Source: an uncultured bacterium (lineage in GTDB: Bacteria; Planctomycetota; Phycisphaerae; UBA1845). Taken from it: a stretch of DNA of 64,000 nt. Positions 17,130 through 27,400 of the stretch are shown here, one piece after another (the first letter of the stretch is position 1; every line of letters starts with the position of its first letter). A model generated the notes under the pieces. That model did no database searches. It had not been told where the DNA came from and saw nothing but the letters and a program-made list of their open reading frames with translations. The position numbers were made by a program, and so were the translations under genes. The stretch spans positions 20,118-84,117 of the forward strand of contig CBDUXT010000006.1 of the NCBI GenBank assembly GCA_965371245.1. Direction: 5' to 3'.

Positions 17130-17989
17130 CGCCCAAATCTCGCTTCGCTAAACAGCCGCGCCATTTCTGGGCAAATGTTAGAACAATCGGCCAAGGCGTC
17201 GGATACTCTGTCAGACGCCGGGGGCTCATCAAGATCCCGACACCCCCCGAAGTCCGTCGTGCCTACGCGCGGCTCAAACTTTCCACCGACCACCTGTTTG
17301 ACCCCAACGATCAACCAACGCCGCTTGGGCAAACCCTGTTTGAGTACTTTTCGTACCGAGCCGACACGCTCAACAAATACGTTGAACCTCGTCTGATGGA
17401 CGCTGAACGCGCACGCCGCACGTTCTCACAACTCAAGAAAAAGCTTCGACCGTCGTGCCCGCTTCCCATGAACAAGCAGAAGGGAGCAAAGAGAGCCCAC
17501 GCCTACTTCACTGGCATCATCAACATGCTCATCGAAGCGAACGCCGGCTCATTCCCATGCGATTACGACCCACGCAAGCTGACGACAGTAACGCATAATC
17601 GAGCCCCACTCAGAACGCTGGCCCGACGCGTCGATGGGGCCTTTCCGCAAACCGTGAACCCGCTGGCCGTCTGGGAGATCAAAGAATACTACTACACGAC
17701 GACCTTCGGTAGCCGAGTCGCCGACGGCGTCTACGAAAGCCTCCTCGATGGGATGGAACTCGAGGAACTCTTCAGATCCGAAGGCGTCAAGATCCTTCAC
17801 TACTTGTTCATAGACGCACACTACACGTGGTGGGATTGTGGTCGCTCATACCTCTGCCGCATCCTCGACATGCTTCACATGGGCTTTGTCGATGAAGTCC
17901 TCTTCGGATACGAGGTCGTTGAACGACTCCCGAAAATCGTTCGCGGATGGACCCGGCTCGCCAAGAAACTGCCTCGGAAAGCACCGTAG
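17126..17989 (+). CDS. Putative type II restriction endonuclease (PD-(D/E)XK) of R-M system 1
   Basis: 287 aa from MTPKSRFAKQ. Translationally coupled to the C gene. D-X13-E-X-K signature in VDGAFPQTVNPLAVWEIKEY. The upstream part of track ORF 16811-17989 is a different frame over the C gene. Confidence 0.6.
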   Translation: MTPKSRFAKQPRHFWANVRTIGQGVGYSVRRRGLIKIPTPPEVRRAYARLKLSTDHLFDPNDQPTPLGQTLFEYFSYRADTLNKYVEPRLMDAERARRTFSQLKKKLRPSCPLPMNKQKGAKRAHAYFTGIINMLIEANAGSFPCDYDPRKLTTVTHNRAPLRTLARRVDGAFPQTVNPLAVWEIKEYYYTTTFGSRVADGVYESLLDGMELEELFRSEGVKILHYLFIDAHYTWWDCGRSYLCRILDMLHMGFVDEVLFGYEVVERLPKIVRGWTRLAKKLPRKAP

Positions 17990-18154
17990 CCCGACGCACG
18001 CCCACCGACGGTGCGATCACGGGAAGCAAGCGGGATGAGGTGTCGGACCTCGCGGTGCCGGCAATGTGCAAATCAAGACACCGCGCCACGTTGCCGCCTT
18101 CGCCGTCGCTTCGGAATTGCCGGTAGCTGCGGGCGAACGTACGATCCGAACCCC

Positions 18155-19492
18155 ATGCGGTGGCTCGCCGACCTAATCTATCTACTCGCGGCGCTGATCT
18201 ACCTGCCCGTGGCCGCCTACCACGCGATCGTTCTCGGCAAGAACCGACGTGGCTGGGGCGAACGGCTCGGTTTCGTCGCCCGGCGAGACCCCGATCGACG
18301 GCGCGTCTGGCTCCATGCCGTTTCGCTGGGCGAGATCAACGCCACGCCTCTATTGCTCGAAGGCCTGCGCGAACGCCTCGATGCGTTCGACTTCGTCATC
18401 TCGACCACCACGGACACGGGCTATGCCCGAGCGGTCGATCTGTATGGCGCCGACCGCGTCTTTCGATTCCCGCTCGATTTCAGTCCCGTGGTGGCCCGCG
18501 TGCTGCGGCGCGTCAGCCCGAGCCTGATCGTGCTGGTTGAGCAGGAGGTTTGGTACAACCTCACCCGAATGGCCACGTGCCGTGGGACGCCCGTCGTGGT
18601 GGTCAACGGTCGATTGACGGAGCGAAGCGCGCGGCGGCTGGCGCGGCTGGGTCGGGTGGTCCGGGCGATGTTCCGGGATCTGGCGTGGGTGGGTGCCCAG
18701 GACGAGGCTATCGCGGCTCGGTTCCGTCGGCTCGGTACCGCGGCAGATCGCGTGGAGGTGACGTCGTCGCTCAAGTGGGATTCAGCCGCCGTGACCGACG
18801 AGGTCCCAGGGGCATCCTCCCTAGCGCAGGCGCTGGGACTTGATGGGTCGCGCCCGCTGTGGGTCTGCGGAAGCACCGGGCCGGGGGAGGAGGCGATGAT
18901 CCTCCAGGCGTATCGCCGTCTTGTAGGTAGTGACGTGGATACGTCAGCTCGGCTCGCCATCGTCCCGCGAAAGCCCGAGCGTTTTGATGAGGTCGCGCGG
19001 CTGATCGAGCGAGGCGGGTTCTCGTGCCTTCGCCGAACGCGCCACCCCGACGGCGCCGACGCCTCCATGGCGACCGGCCGCGGCGTCATTCTGGGGGACA
19101 CCATGGGCGAGCTGCGCAAGTTCTATTCGCTGGCGGATGCCGTCTTTGTCGGTCGCTCGCTGGTGCCCATGGGCGGCTCCGACCCGATGGAGGTGGCGGC
19201 CTTGCAAAAGCCGATCGTGATCGGGCCCCATGTCGAGAACTTCCGCCTTCCGGTCGAGGCGCTGGCCCGCGCGGACGCGATCGCTACGGTTGATTCGGTC
19301 GAGAGCCTCGCCACGCGGATCGGTTCGATCTTGGGCGATTCGGAGCTGGCGGAGGGGCTTGGGCGCCGGGCTCGCCAGGTGGTTGTCGAGCACCAGGGGG
19401 CTACCGCCCGCACAATCGATGGGTTGATGCGCGTGATCGAACAGCATTTTGGCGCCGAATCCGTCGGAGCGTCAGTCCCGCCCCCTGCGTAA
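18155..19492 (+). CDS. waaA: 3-deoxy-D-manno-octulosonic acid (Kdo) transferase
   Basis: Start at MRWLADLIYLLAAL (ATG 18155). Motifs VWLHAVSLGEINA, FVISTTTDTG and GGSDPMEVAALQKPIVIGPHVENF are typical WaaA/KdtA. Confidence 0.85.
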   Translation: MRWLADLIYLLAALIYLPVAAYHAIVLGKNRRGWGERLGFVARRDPDRRRVWLHAVSLGEINATPLLLEGLRERLDAFDFVISTTTDTGYARAVDLYGADRVFRFPLDFSPVVARVLRRVSPSLIVLVEQEVWYNLTRMATCRGTPVVVVNGRLTERSARRLARLGRVVRAMFRDLAWVGAQDEAIAARFRRLGTAADRVEVTSSLKWDSAAVTDEVPGASSLAQALGLDGSRPLWVCGSTGPGEEAMILQAYRRLVGSDVDTSARLAIVPRKPERFDEVARLIERGGFSCLRRTRHPDGADASMATGRGVILGDTMGELRKFYSLADAVFVGRSLVPMGGSDPMEVAALQKPIVIGPHVENFRLPVEALARADAIATVDSVESLATRIGSILGDSELAEGLGRRARQVVVEHQGATARTIDGLMRVIEQHFGAESVGASVPPPA

Positions 19493-19535
19493 CCAGGCCC
19501 GACCCGTCTTGGTCCGAAAAAGATTGGCGGTTTCC

Positions 19536-19564
19536 TTGACAAACTTCGTGAAATATGGAACAAT
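19536..19564 (+). promoter_or_regulatory. Sigma-70-like promoter candidate in the 530-nt gap after waaA
   Basis: TTGACA (19536-19541), 17-nt spacer, AACAAT (19559-19564), in an unusually AT-rich patch. Confidence 0.3.
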
Positions 19565-20021
19565 GTTAGTGCGGGATGCAGGTTTTCCTGCCGCTCGTTC
19601 CGATAAGGGCCTCTTCCGGGGTAAATATCCCGGCCAGCCGACCACAACACGACGCGCACCACGGGGGGTGGCGAGAGTCTGCCGCCCGATTTCCGGCGTG
19701 GTGTTTGTGAGATTTTCACAAACGGCCTAGTCTCCAGCTACGCGCTGACTTGGCGCGGGTGGTCTGCCGATGGCCCTTGAGTTTGCTGACCGTGTCGGCA
19801 TGATCCCCGTTATGTGGTGCTGTCGATAGCTGTGGTGGCGGGAATCGAACGCGGCGCGGCGCTGATTGACGCGGTCGCCATGGTCCTTTGCCGGCCGGTT
19901 ATAGGAAATAGGCATTGGCCAGCCCGTTTGTTGCGCAAGCGGCAGCACGCAGGCCGTGGCACCTGTTTTGAGTCGCACCCTTTGCGACCTGCCGTGATGG
20001 CGATCGCCGCAGAGTTCTGAG

Positions 20022-21158
20022 ATGGACACTGAATCCACATCACGCCCAATCGACCAGCCGTCGGAAGACGGCGCTCCGCCGCCTCCGTCGCCCGACGTCG
20101 CCGGTGAACCGCCTGATCTCGAGCCGATGACCTTCTCGATGTTGGGTCGTTTCTTCGCGGTTCCGTTGGTAATCATCGCGACCATCGTCGGTGGCGCGGT
20201 GCTTGTCGTTCTGTTGTTTGGCGGTCCCGCCTCTCCGGAGCGTCGCAGCATTGAGGATCTCTTGCTGGCTCTGGAAGCCGGCAGTGGCGACCGGAGCTTG
20301 GGCGTCCTGCTCCCTCGAGAGAAAGAGTTGTGGCAGACGGCCCTTGAGCTCAGCCTCCGTTTGGAAGGCAAGGACAAGGAGCTGGAACTCTCAAACGAAG
20401 AGCTGGACGCCGCGGCCAAGCGCCTTAGCGCGATGGTGAAGACCGACCTGGGGATGATCGATCACGTACCCACTGTGGGCGATGAACGTGAGCGACAAGT
20501 GAAGATTCGCTCGCGCCGTCTTGAGTTCCTCCTCCGGGCGCTGGGCCGAACCAGGCGCCCGATAGCGGTCAGGACGCTGACGGGTGTCGTCGGCGGCGAG
20601 CGCGAGTCGTACGCCCAGGTCGCGATGCAGATACTGGGCGACCTCCACGAGATGCCCGAAACCCGCCGGGCCGTGGATCCGGTGCTTCGTCGCCTCGCCC
20701 CTTCCAACAAGGACGAAACGCGACTGGTGGCCGCCACCGTGCTGTCGCTCCTGGCGAGTCCGGGGGATGAGCGCGTGATCGACGCCCTCGCCGACCTGAG
20801 TCGCACAACCGAAGGCGAGGTGGCGTGGTCCGCGGCGCTGGCGTTGGCGCGGCTGGGCAGCCCGGCGGCGAAATCGACTCTTTATGACCTGATGGATCGA
20901 GCGTTCCTCAGCTCGGGCGACCGCTACGTCGTCAGGGGCGACGGCGGTTCTGTCCAGCGATACCCCATGCCGCCGGCAAAGGTGGATGCCGTCATCCTCG
21001 CCGCGATCGATGCGGCCTCGAATCTCGACGGTCCGGACTTGTGGGACGCCATTGAGGGATTAGAGTCGGACCCGTCCCCAGCCGTTCGCGGCAGGGCCGA
21101 GGAAGTTCGGCGCCGCCGAGAAGAGGACCAGGGCGCCAAAGCGAGGAAGAAGGACTAG
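20022..21158 (+). CDS. Membrane-anchored HEAT-repeat protein
   Basis: 378 aa. N-terminal TM FFAVPLVIIATIVGGAVLVVLLF. C-terminal HEAT-like units (TRLVAATVLSLLASPGDERVIDAL, EVAWSAALALARLGSPAA, PSPAVRGRAEEV). Confidence 0.6.
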   Translation: MDTESTSRPIDQPSEDGAPPPPSPDVAGEPPDLEPMTFSMLGRFFAVPLVIIATIVGGAVLVVLLFGGPASPERRSIEDLLLALEAGSGDRSLGVLLPREKELWQTALELSLRLEGKDKELELSNEELDAAAKRLSAMVKTDLGMIDHVPTVGDERERQVKIRSRRLEFLLRALGRTRRPIAVRTLTGVVGGERESYAQVAMQILGDLHEMPETRRAVDPVLRRLAPSNKDETRLVAATVLSLLASPGDERVIDALADLSRTTEGEVAWSAALALARLGSPAAKSTLYDLMDRAFLSSGDRYVVRGDGGSVQRYPMPPAKVDAVILAAIDAASNLDGPDLWDAIEGLESDPSPAVRGRAEEVRRRREEDQGAKARKKD

Positions 21159-21162
21159 GTCG

Positions 21163-22257
21163 ATGGCAACAAAGGAAATGGTGACGAAGGTCTGGATCGA
21201 AGACGGTTGCATCGTCTGCGACGCCTGCGAGACGGCGGCTCCCGATGTCTTCGAGGTACAGGACGAGACCTGCATTATTCGTCCCGAGGCGCTCTCGCCC
21301 GACTTCAACAAGCCACGAACCGAAGGCATCATCGACGCGGCCGAGGAGTGTCCGGTCGATGTCATTAAGTTCGAGGTCGTGACGGAAGAGGTACCGGACG
21401 GCGAGACCGCCCCGGCGGATGGGGCAACAGTAGCGGCCTCCGCCGCGCCTGAAGCCGCCGCGGCAGAGCCGTCCAAAGCCGCCGCGTCCAAACCGGCCGC
21501 GCCGAGCGAGCCGATGCCCGCCGTCGCGAAGGCGTCCGCGACCGCCTCCAAGGCGTCGCCGGAGGGGACGGCCGACCCCGGGATCGACGCGCTGCTTCGG
21601 GCCGCAACGTCGCGCGGGGGGAACATCGGCATCCTTCGACGACAGCAATCGGTCCCGGAAGCCATTCAGGCGCTCGATCGCAAGGATCCTCGCGAGCTCC
21701 CCACCGATGCCCGGCAGGCCAGGATTCTGGAGGCGGCTCGCAAGGCAAAGGCCGACCCGGACGTGCCGCGGCGGGCCTTCTTGGGTGGAGTGACGCTTGG
21801 GGCCGGATGGATCTTCTTCGGCGTGGGTGCCGGCGTAGCCGCCGGTCCCGCGTTCGCGCGTTTCATGATGCCCAACGTGCTGGAGGAACCGGACCCGCGC
21901 GTTCGCGTGGGCAAACTTCAGCGCTATCTGCAATTGGTTCGAGGCGAGGTGATCGAGGACTACAAACCGCAGGGTATCTGGATGACCCGTGATCGGGATC
22001 GACTCGTGGCCTTGAACATCATCTGCACGCATTTGGGTTGCATCCCGAACTGGCTGCCCAACGACCGAAAGTTCAAGTGTCCGTGCCACGGAAGCGGGTA
22101 CAAGCCGAACGGGATCAACTTCGAGGGTCCGACGCCGCGCCCGCTCGAGCGCTTCCGCCTGTTGGTTGATGGCGGTGAGGTGATCGTCGATAAGAGCAAG
22201 AAATATCAGTTTGAACTGGGTCAGTGGGACCAGCCGGGAAGTTTCATCGAAGTCTAA
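21163..22257 (+). CDS. Rieske [2Fe-2S] subunit with N-terminal 4Fe-4S ferredoxin domain
   Basis: 364 aa. CIVCDACETAAP...ECPVDV is a CxxCxxC...CP motif. An Ala/Pro-rich linker follows, then twin-arginine/TM PRRAFLGGVTLGAGWIFFGVG, then Rieske boxes CTHLGC and CPCHGSGY. Confidence 0.85.
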   Translation: MATKEMVTKVWIEDGCIVCDACETAAPDVFEVQDETCIIRPEALSPDFNKPRTEGIIDAAEECPVDVIKFEVVTEEVPDGETAPADGATVAASAAPEAAAAEPSKAAASKPAAPSEPMPAVAKASATASKASPEGTADPGIDALLRAATSRGGNIGILRRQQSVPEAIQALDRKDPRELPTDARQARILEAARKAKADPDVPRRAFLGGVTLGAGWIFFGVGAGVAAGPAFARFMMPNVLEEPDPRVRVGKLQRYLQLVRGEVIEDYKPQGIWMTRDRDRLVALNIICTHLGCIPNWLPNDRKFKCPCHGSGYKPNGINFEGPTPRPLERFRLLVDGGEVIVDKSKKYQFELGQWDQPGSFIEV

Positions 22258-22356
22258 CTGCGCGATGGACGGCGGCGCGCGAGTCGCTAGAGTACGCCGT
22301 CGTTTGGCACCGGTCGGCTGGTGCTCGTCGGGATCACTCAAGGAACCTGTGAATAC

Positions 22357-23136
22357 ATGTTGGGACGAATACAAAACTGGGTGTCAGAGGGGCAGATCTG
22401 GGGGAGCGTGTTTCGCCACGGCGTGCCGCGCGATCGCCGAACGAGGGCGATGGCGATCCTCAGCAACGTCTTCCTTCACCTTCACCCGGTCGCCGTCCGC
22501 AAGAGCGGCATCCGGCTCTCATTCACCTGGTGCATGGGCGGGTTGACGTTCTTTTTGTTTCTCGTCGAGATCGTCACCGGCGTGCTGCTCATGTTTTACT
22601 ACCGCCCGACGGTCGAATACGCGTACTTCGACATCCAGGGTCTCCGGGCACACGTGACGCTCGGCTTGCAGCGTGAGCTTCATCGCTGGGGAGCCCATGC
22701 GATGATCATTACCATCTGGCTGCACATGCTGCGCGTGTTCTTAACGGGCAGCTACAAGCCGCCGCGAGAGTTCAACTGGAGCATCGGCGTCATCCTGCTC
22801 GTGCTGACGCTGCTCTTGTCCTTTACCGGATACTTGCTTCCCTGGGACCAGCTTGCCATGTGGGCCATCACCGTCGGCTCGAACATGGCCCGGGCGACCC
22901 CGCTGGCCGGGTCCGAAGGCCCTGGGGCGGCGTTCCTCCAGATCGGCGGTGTGCCCCTGGTTCATGCGGGTGATGACGCACGGTTCGGGCTTCTTGCGGG
23001 CACCTTCGTCGGGCCCAACGCCCTCCTTCGATTCTACGTGCTGCACTGTGTTTTTATCCCAGTCGTGGTGACGGTTCTGCTCGCCGTCCATTTCTGGCGG
23101 GTGCGCAAGGACGGCGGCATCAGCGGACCCCTATAG
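22357..23136 (+). CDS. Cytochrome b, N-terminal (b6-like) subunit
   Basis: Start at MLGRIQNW. Motifs [53 protein letters not shown] and [13 protein letters not shown]. Confidence 0.9.
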   Translation: MLGRIQNWVSEGQIWGSVFRHGVPRDRRTRAMAILSNVFLHLHPVAVRKSGIRLSFTWCMGGLTFFLFLVEIVTGVLLMFYYRPTVEYAYFDIQGLRAHVTLGLQRELHRWGAHAMIITIWLHMLRVFLTGSYKPPREFNWSIGVILLVLTLLLSFTGYLLPWDQLAMWAITVGSNMARATPLAGSEGPGAAFLQIGGVPLVHAGDDARFGLLAGTFVGPNALLRFYVLHCVFIPVVVTVLLAVHFWRVRKDGGISGPL

Positions 23137-23225
23137 GTTCCGTTCGACAGGATCACCGCCCCAGGCGTAAACGGTACGACGGATTCGAGTAACCGGGCGG
23201 GACAGGCCACACGGTAACGTAAACC

Positions 23226-24353
23226 ATGATGAACCTTCTGGCAGCATCCTCCGCGATCGACACGCTCAAGCACTGGATCAACGTGGCTTGTCAGCCGCAT
23301 TGGTTCATGATCCTTGCCGTGATCGGGTTCGCGCTGTGCCTGATCTTCTATCGCAAACTCACGCAGCCGGTTTGGGCCGTGCCGCTCGCGCTGGTGGGCG
23401 TGCTGATTTTCGTGGCGAGTTGCTTCGACCCCAACTTCGTCAAGATCGTCGCCAAGGCCGACAACGTGCCGATCGTGATGATGCTTTTTGTCACCGCGTT
23501 CTTCCTTTGGTTGGCGTTCCGCCAGGCCGCGATCAATGACAAGCGGATGGAGGACGGAGAGCCCCTCATCGAGGCCGGGGCGGACGACAAGGTGTTGGTC
23601 TGGCCTGACCTGATCTACAGCGAGTTCATTGCGCTGGTTCTGTTTACGGCGTTCCTGACGGTGTGGGCCATTCTGCTTCGCGCGCCGCTGGAGCAGGCCG
23701 CGGACCCCAACGTCGCGCCGAACCCGGCCAAAGCGCCGTGGTATTTCCTGGGCCTTCAGGAGATGTTGGTCTACTTCGACCCGTGGCTGGCCGGCGTGGT
23801 CTTTCCCGGTCTGATCATCGTCGGTCTGATCGCCATCCCGTACATGGACAAGAACCCGCGCGGCAACGGCTACTACACCTTCAAGGAGCGACCGTTCGCC
23901 ATCACGACGTTCCTCTTCGGGTTTGTGGTCCTCTGGGTTCTGCTGATCGCGTTCGGGACGTTCTTGCGCGGTCCGAACTGGAACTTCTTCGGACCCTACG
24001 AGTTCTGGGACCACAACCGCCCGGCCGCCCTGCTCAACCGCGAGCCGCGCGACATTTTCTGGATCGAGATGCTGGGGGAACCCATCTGGACGAAGGACGT
24101 CTGGATGATCCCGGGCTATCTGATCCGGGAGCTGCCCGGCATGTTGCTGCTGGGGTTCTATTTCGTGGTCGGGCCGCTCATTTTGTGGGCGCTCTTTTTC
24201 CGCAAGATGTACCGCCAGATGGGCGTTGTCCGCTACGGCATCATGGCGTTTCTCTTACTCACCATGCTCTTAATGCCGATCAAGATGGCACTTCGTTGGG
24301 CATTCAACCTGCACTACGTCGTGGCCGTCACGGAGTGGTTTTTCAACGTGTAG
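23226..24353 (+). CDS. Cytochrome b C-terminal (subunit IV-like) membrane subunit, extended
   Basis: 375 aa, multi-TM. PetD/cyt b C-terminal signature NPAKAPWYFLGLQEMLVYF. Confidence 0.8.
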   Translation: MMNLLAASSAIDTLKHWINVACQPHWFMILAVIGFALCLIFYRKLTQPVWAVPLALVGVLIFVASCFDPNFVKIVAKADNVPIVMMLFVTAFFLWLAFRQAAINDKRMEDGEPLIEAGADDKVLVWPDLIYSEFIALVLFTAFLTVWAILLRAPLEQAADPNVAPNPAKAPWYFLGLQEMLVYFDPWLAGVVFPGLIIVGLIAIPYMDKNPRGNGYYTFKERPFAITTFLFGFVVLWVLLIAFGTFLRGPNWNFFGPYEFWDHNRPAALLNREPRDIFWIEMLGEPIWTKDVWMIPGYLIRELPGMLLLGFYFVVGPLILWALFFRKMYRQMGVVRYGIMAFLLLTMLLMPIKMALRWAFNLHYVVAVTEWFFNV

Positions 24354-24445
24354 GTGTAGCAGCCGCGTCGGCGGAACGGTCGCCGATTCATCCGGTGCTG
24401 AGGACTTGCTGACGGTTTCGCCGCGGAGGCACTTGCGCCGCGGAC

Positions 24446-27400
24446 ATGGATGTTGGTTTTATGCCGATCCCAGAGGACAAACTAAGGAAACCCGAGACGC
24501 TCCACCGGTGGTTCGCCATCAGCAGCCTGCTGATGACCGCATCGATCTTTTGGATGATCTGGATCGACTACGACCGACCCTGGCGAGCGTTTCAGGATGA
24601 CTACGCCACGGGCAAAGCGGTATTGGCCCATCTGGACTACCTGGATGCCACGCGCCAGGAGCGGATCCAGGAGATCGATGAAGCCCGTCAGGGGCTTGCC
24701 GACGCCCGCGACCTGGCGGCTCAGACAACCGGCGTCCAGCGGGCGAAGCTCGTCGCCGACTTGTCCGAGGCCGACCTGAGGTTCCGCAAGTTCGACGGGG
24801 AGTGGAGCCGCAAGAGCCAGGTGCATGACGTTTCGCGAGATACCTACGAGAAGATCGTCGGCGAGCACGGGCCTGACGCGGCCGAAACAATACATGCACG
24901 CGAAGAACTGCAGGTCGAAGAAGCAGAGGTTGAGCGTGTTCTGAAGATCAAGGAGGGCTGGGGGGACAAGAAAGAGCGATTCGAAGCGGAGCTGAAGCTT
25001 CTCGATGCGTCGGTTAGCACCGCCGCCAAGCGACTGACGGAGCTTGAGGACGTCGCGGCGGATGCCTTGAAAGAGGACATGAGCTACCGCGGCGTGCTGT
25101 ACAACGACGGCTTGCTCGGTGGTCTCGCTATCGTCAGTACGATCATCAATCTCCCGCTCCTGGATTTCACGGCGCCCAACGCGACGCCGGCGCGACATCA
25201 GGTGAAACAGCTCGTCTTGCCCGATGTCCGGCAGCGGCTCAACTACCTCGAGAGCTACACGACGGACCGATGTACCACCTGCCACATTGCCATCGACGAT
25301 CCGGAGTTCTCCAAGGACCGCCTCGCAAAGAGGCTTGAACGTGCCCTTTCGGCGATCAACGAGGCCATGCAGCGTCTGGCGCACGAGCCGTTCCCCATTC
25401 CCGTTCCGCCCGTGGCCGCCGCGACCGGTCAACCGCTCCCCGCCGGCCACGTGACCGATCACTGGGCCGAGCTCACCGACGAACAACAGGACGCCTACTT
25501 CGAGCGCCTGCTCGGGATGGTGAACAGCTACCTGGAGTTGAGCGGGCGCAAGACCATCGACCTGGGACAGCCGCTGCTCGCCCATCCGGACCTGGGTCTG
25601 TTCCTCTCGGTCGATTCACCGCACCCGATGGCGCGAATGGGCTGCACCGTTTGCCACGAGGGCAACCCTCAGGAGACGGACTTCGTTCAGGCGGCGCACA
25701 GCCCCGCCACCCACGAGATCCGTGAGGCCTGGGAAAAAGAGTACTACATCCGCCTGATGGGGGTTCCCAACGTAACGTTCGAGACGATCGAACATTACTG
25801 GGACCGCCCGATGCTCCTGCCGCAGTACACCGAAGCGGGTTGCGCCAAGTGCCACAGCGAGATCAGCGACATTCAGCAGTACGACGGTGAGCGCAAGGGG
25901 TCGCGCATCAATCTGGGTCGCCACCTCTTCGCCACGGTCGGCTGCATCAACTGTCACAAAGAGGACTCCCTGGAAGGCGCCCCGCGCGTCGGACCCGACC
26001 TTCGCCAGCTAGCGGTCAAGCTTACGCCGGGGTTCGTGCAGAAGTGGGCGTACTACCCGCAAAAGTTCCGCCCCTCGACACGCATGCCGCACTTTTTCGA
26101 GCAGGAAAACAGCGGACCGCAGAGCGCCAACTCCTTCGACACCGAGCCCGTCCGACGGACGGAGACGGAGGTCGCGGCCATCACCAAGTATCTGTTCGCG
26201 GTGTCGGGCGAATGGACGCCCATCGAAAAGCCGGCCGACGTGAAGGGCGACGTGGAACGGGGAAGACAACTGTTCACGTCGATGGGGTGTCTGGGATGCC
26301 ACGCCAACATCACCGAGTACGGTGAGGCGTGGATCACGGCGGACCTCGCGCACCGCGAAGGGATCGACGAGGAAACGGCTACGCATCGGTACAAGGGCAT
26401 GACCTACGAGCAGCGCATGCGCTACGCGATGGACCACTTTGGCAACGAGCGCGAGACGTTCCTCCAGCCCGACCTGGCGCGGTTTGATCCCGACGCGTCC
26501 TACAACACCCCGACGCTGACCAGCTTCGGCCCCGAGGTGTCCGGCCTGGGTTCGAAGGTCAACGAGGCGTGGCTCTACTCGTGGCTGATCGAGCCGACGC
26601 ACTACTCGCCCGACACCAAGATGCCCAACATGCGGCTGACGCCGGCTGAGGCCGCCGATCTGACGGCCTATCTCCTTACTCTCAAGAACGACGACTTCGA
26701 GCAAGGCGAGTTCGAACTCGACGAGGCCCGGCAACGGAAGGCTGATGAGCTTGTTTTCATTCTGTTGTCGGCGCAACGGTCCGCGGGACGAAGTCGGGCC
26801 ATCATGAAAGACGAAGGCGGCGAGCTGAGCGACATGCTCATATCCCTTCTGAAATCGTCGCGGGAGATCAACGAGGAGCAGGCCACGCAACTGATCGACC
26901 CGATGAGCCTGCTGGACAAGAAGCTGATGTACCTGGGTAACAAGATGATCAGCCACTACGGGTGCTACGCCTGTCATGAGATTCCCGGGTTCGAAACGAC
27001 TACACCGCCCGGCACCGACATGAGCGCCTGGGCGGAAAAACCCGTCGGGCAGCTCGACTTCGCCTTCTACGATCATGCCTTCGAGCATCTTCGGGAGGAA
27101 AAGCCCGACGTGTTCGGCTACCTCTACCCACTCGACGCGACGGAGCTGAACGCTCGGTCGCCGATGGACGACCGGGCGCGTGAGCAGGTATCCGGCACCC
27201 ATGCCGCCTTCGCCAAACACAAGATGCTCAACCCGCGCATCTGGGATCGCGAGAAGATCAAGCGACCGTACGACAAGCTCAAGATGCCCAACTTCTATTT
27301 CACCGAAGAAGAGGCCGAAGCGCTGACTGCCTTCCTGCTTTCGCGCATTCCACCGCGGGTCAACGACGTGCTGAAGATCGACTACGAAGGCACCGCGCTC

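Noticed and set aside
19704-19722. TGTGA...TCACA palindrome as a CRP/FNR-type site
   Set aside because: The spacing between TGTGA and TCACA is 5 nt, not the canonical 6 nt. It is therefore not called as a CRP box, only noted as a palindrome.
19831-19860. GTTCGATTCC on the minus strand, resembling a tRNA/tmRNA T-loop
   Set aside because: The flanking bases cannot form a T-stem (CCGCG versus CCCGC). No complementary acceptor 5' strand (TGTGGTG) lies upstream, and no CCA or cloverleaf can be drawn.
20992-22374. 460-aa minus-strand ORF
   Set aside because: It is antisense to the HEAT and Rieske genes. It has low-complexity Arg/Gly/Pro runs and no recognisable domain.
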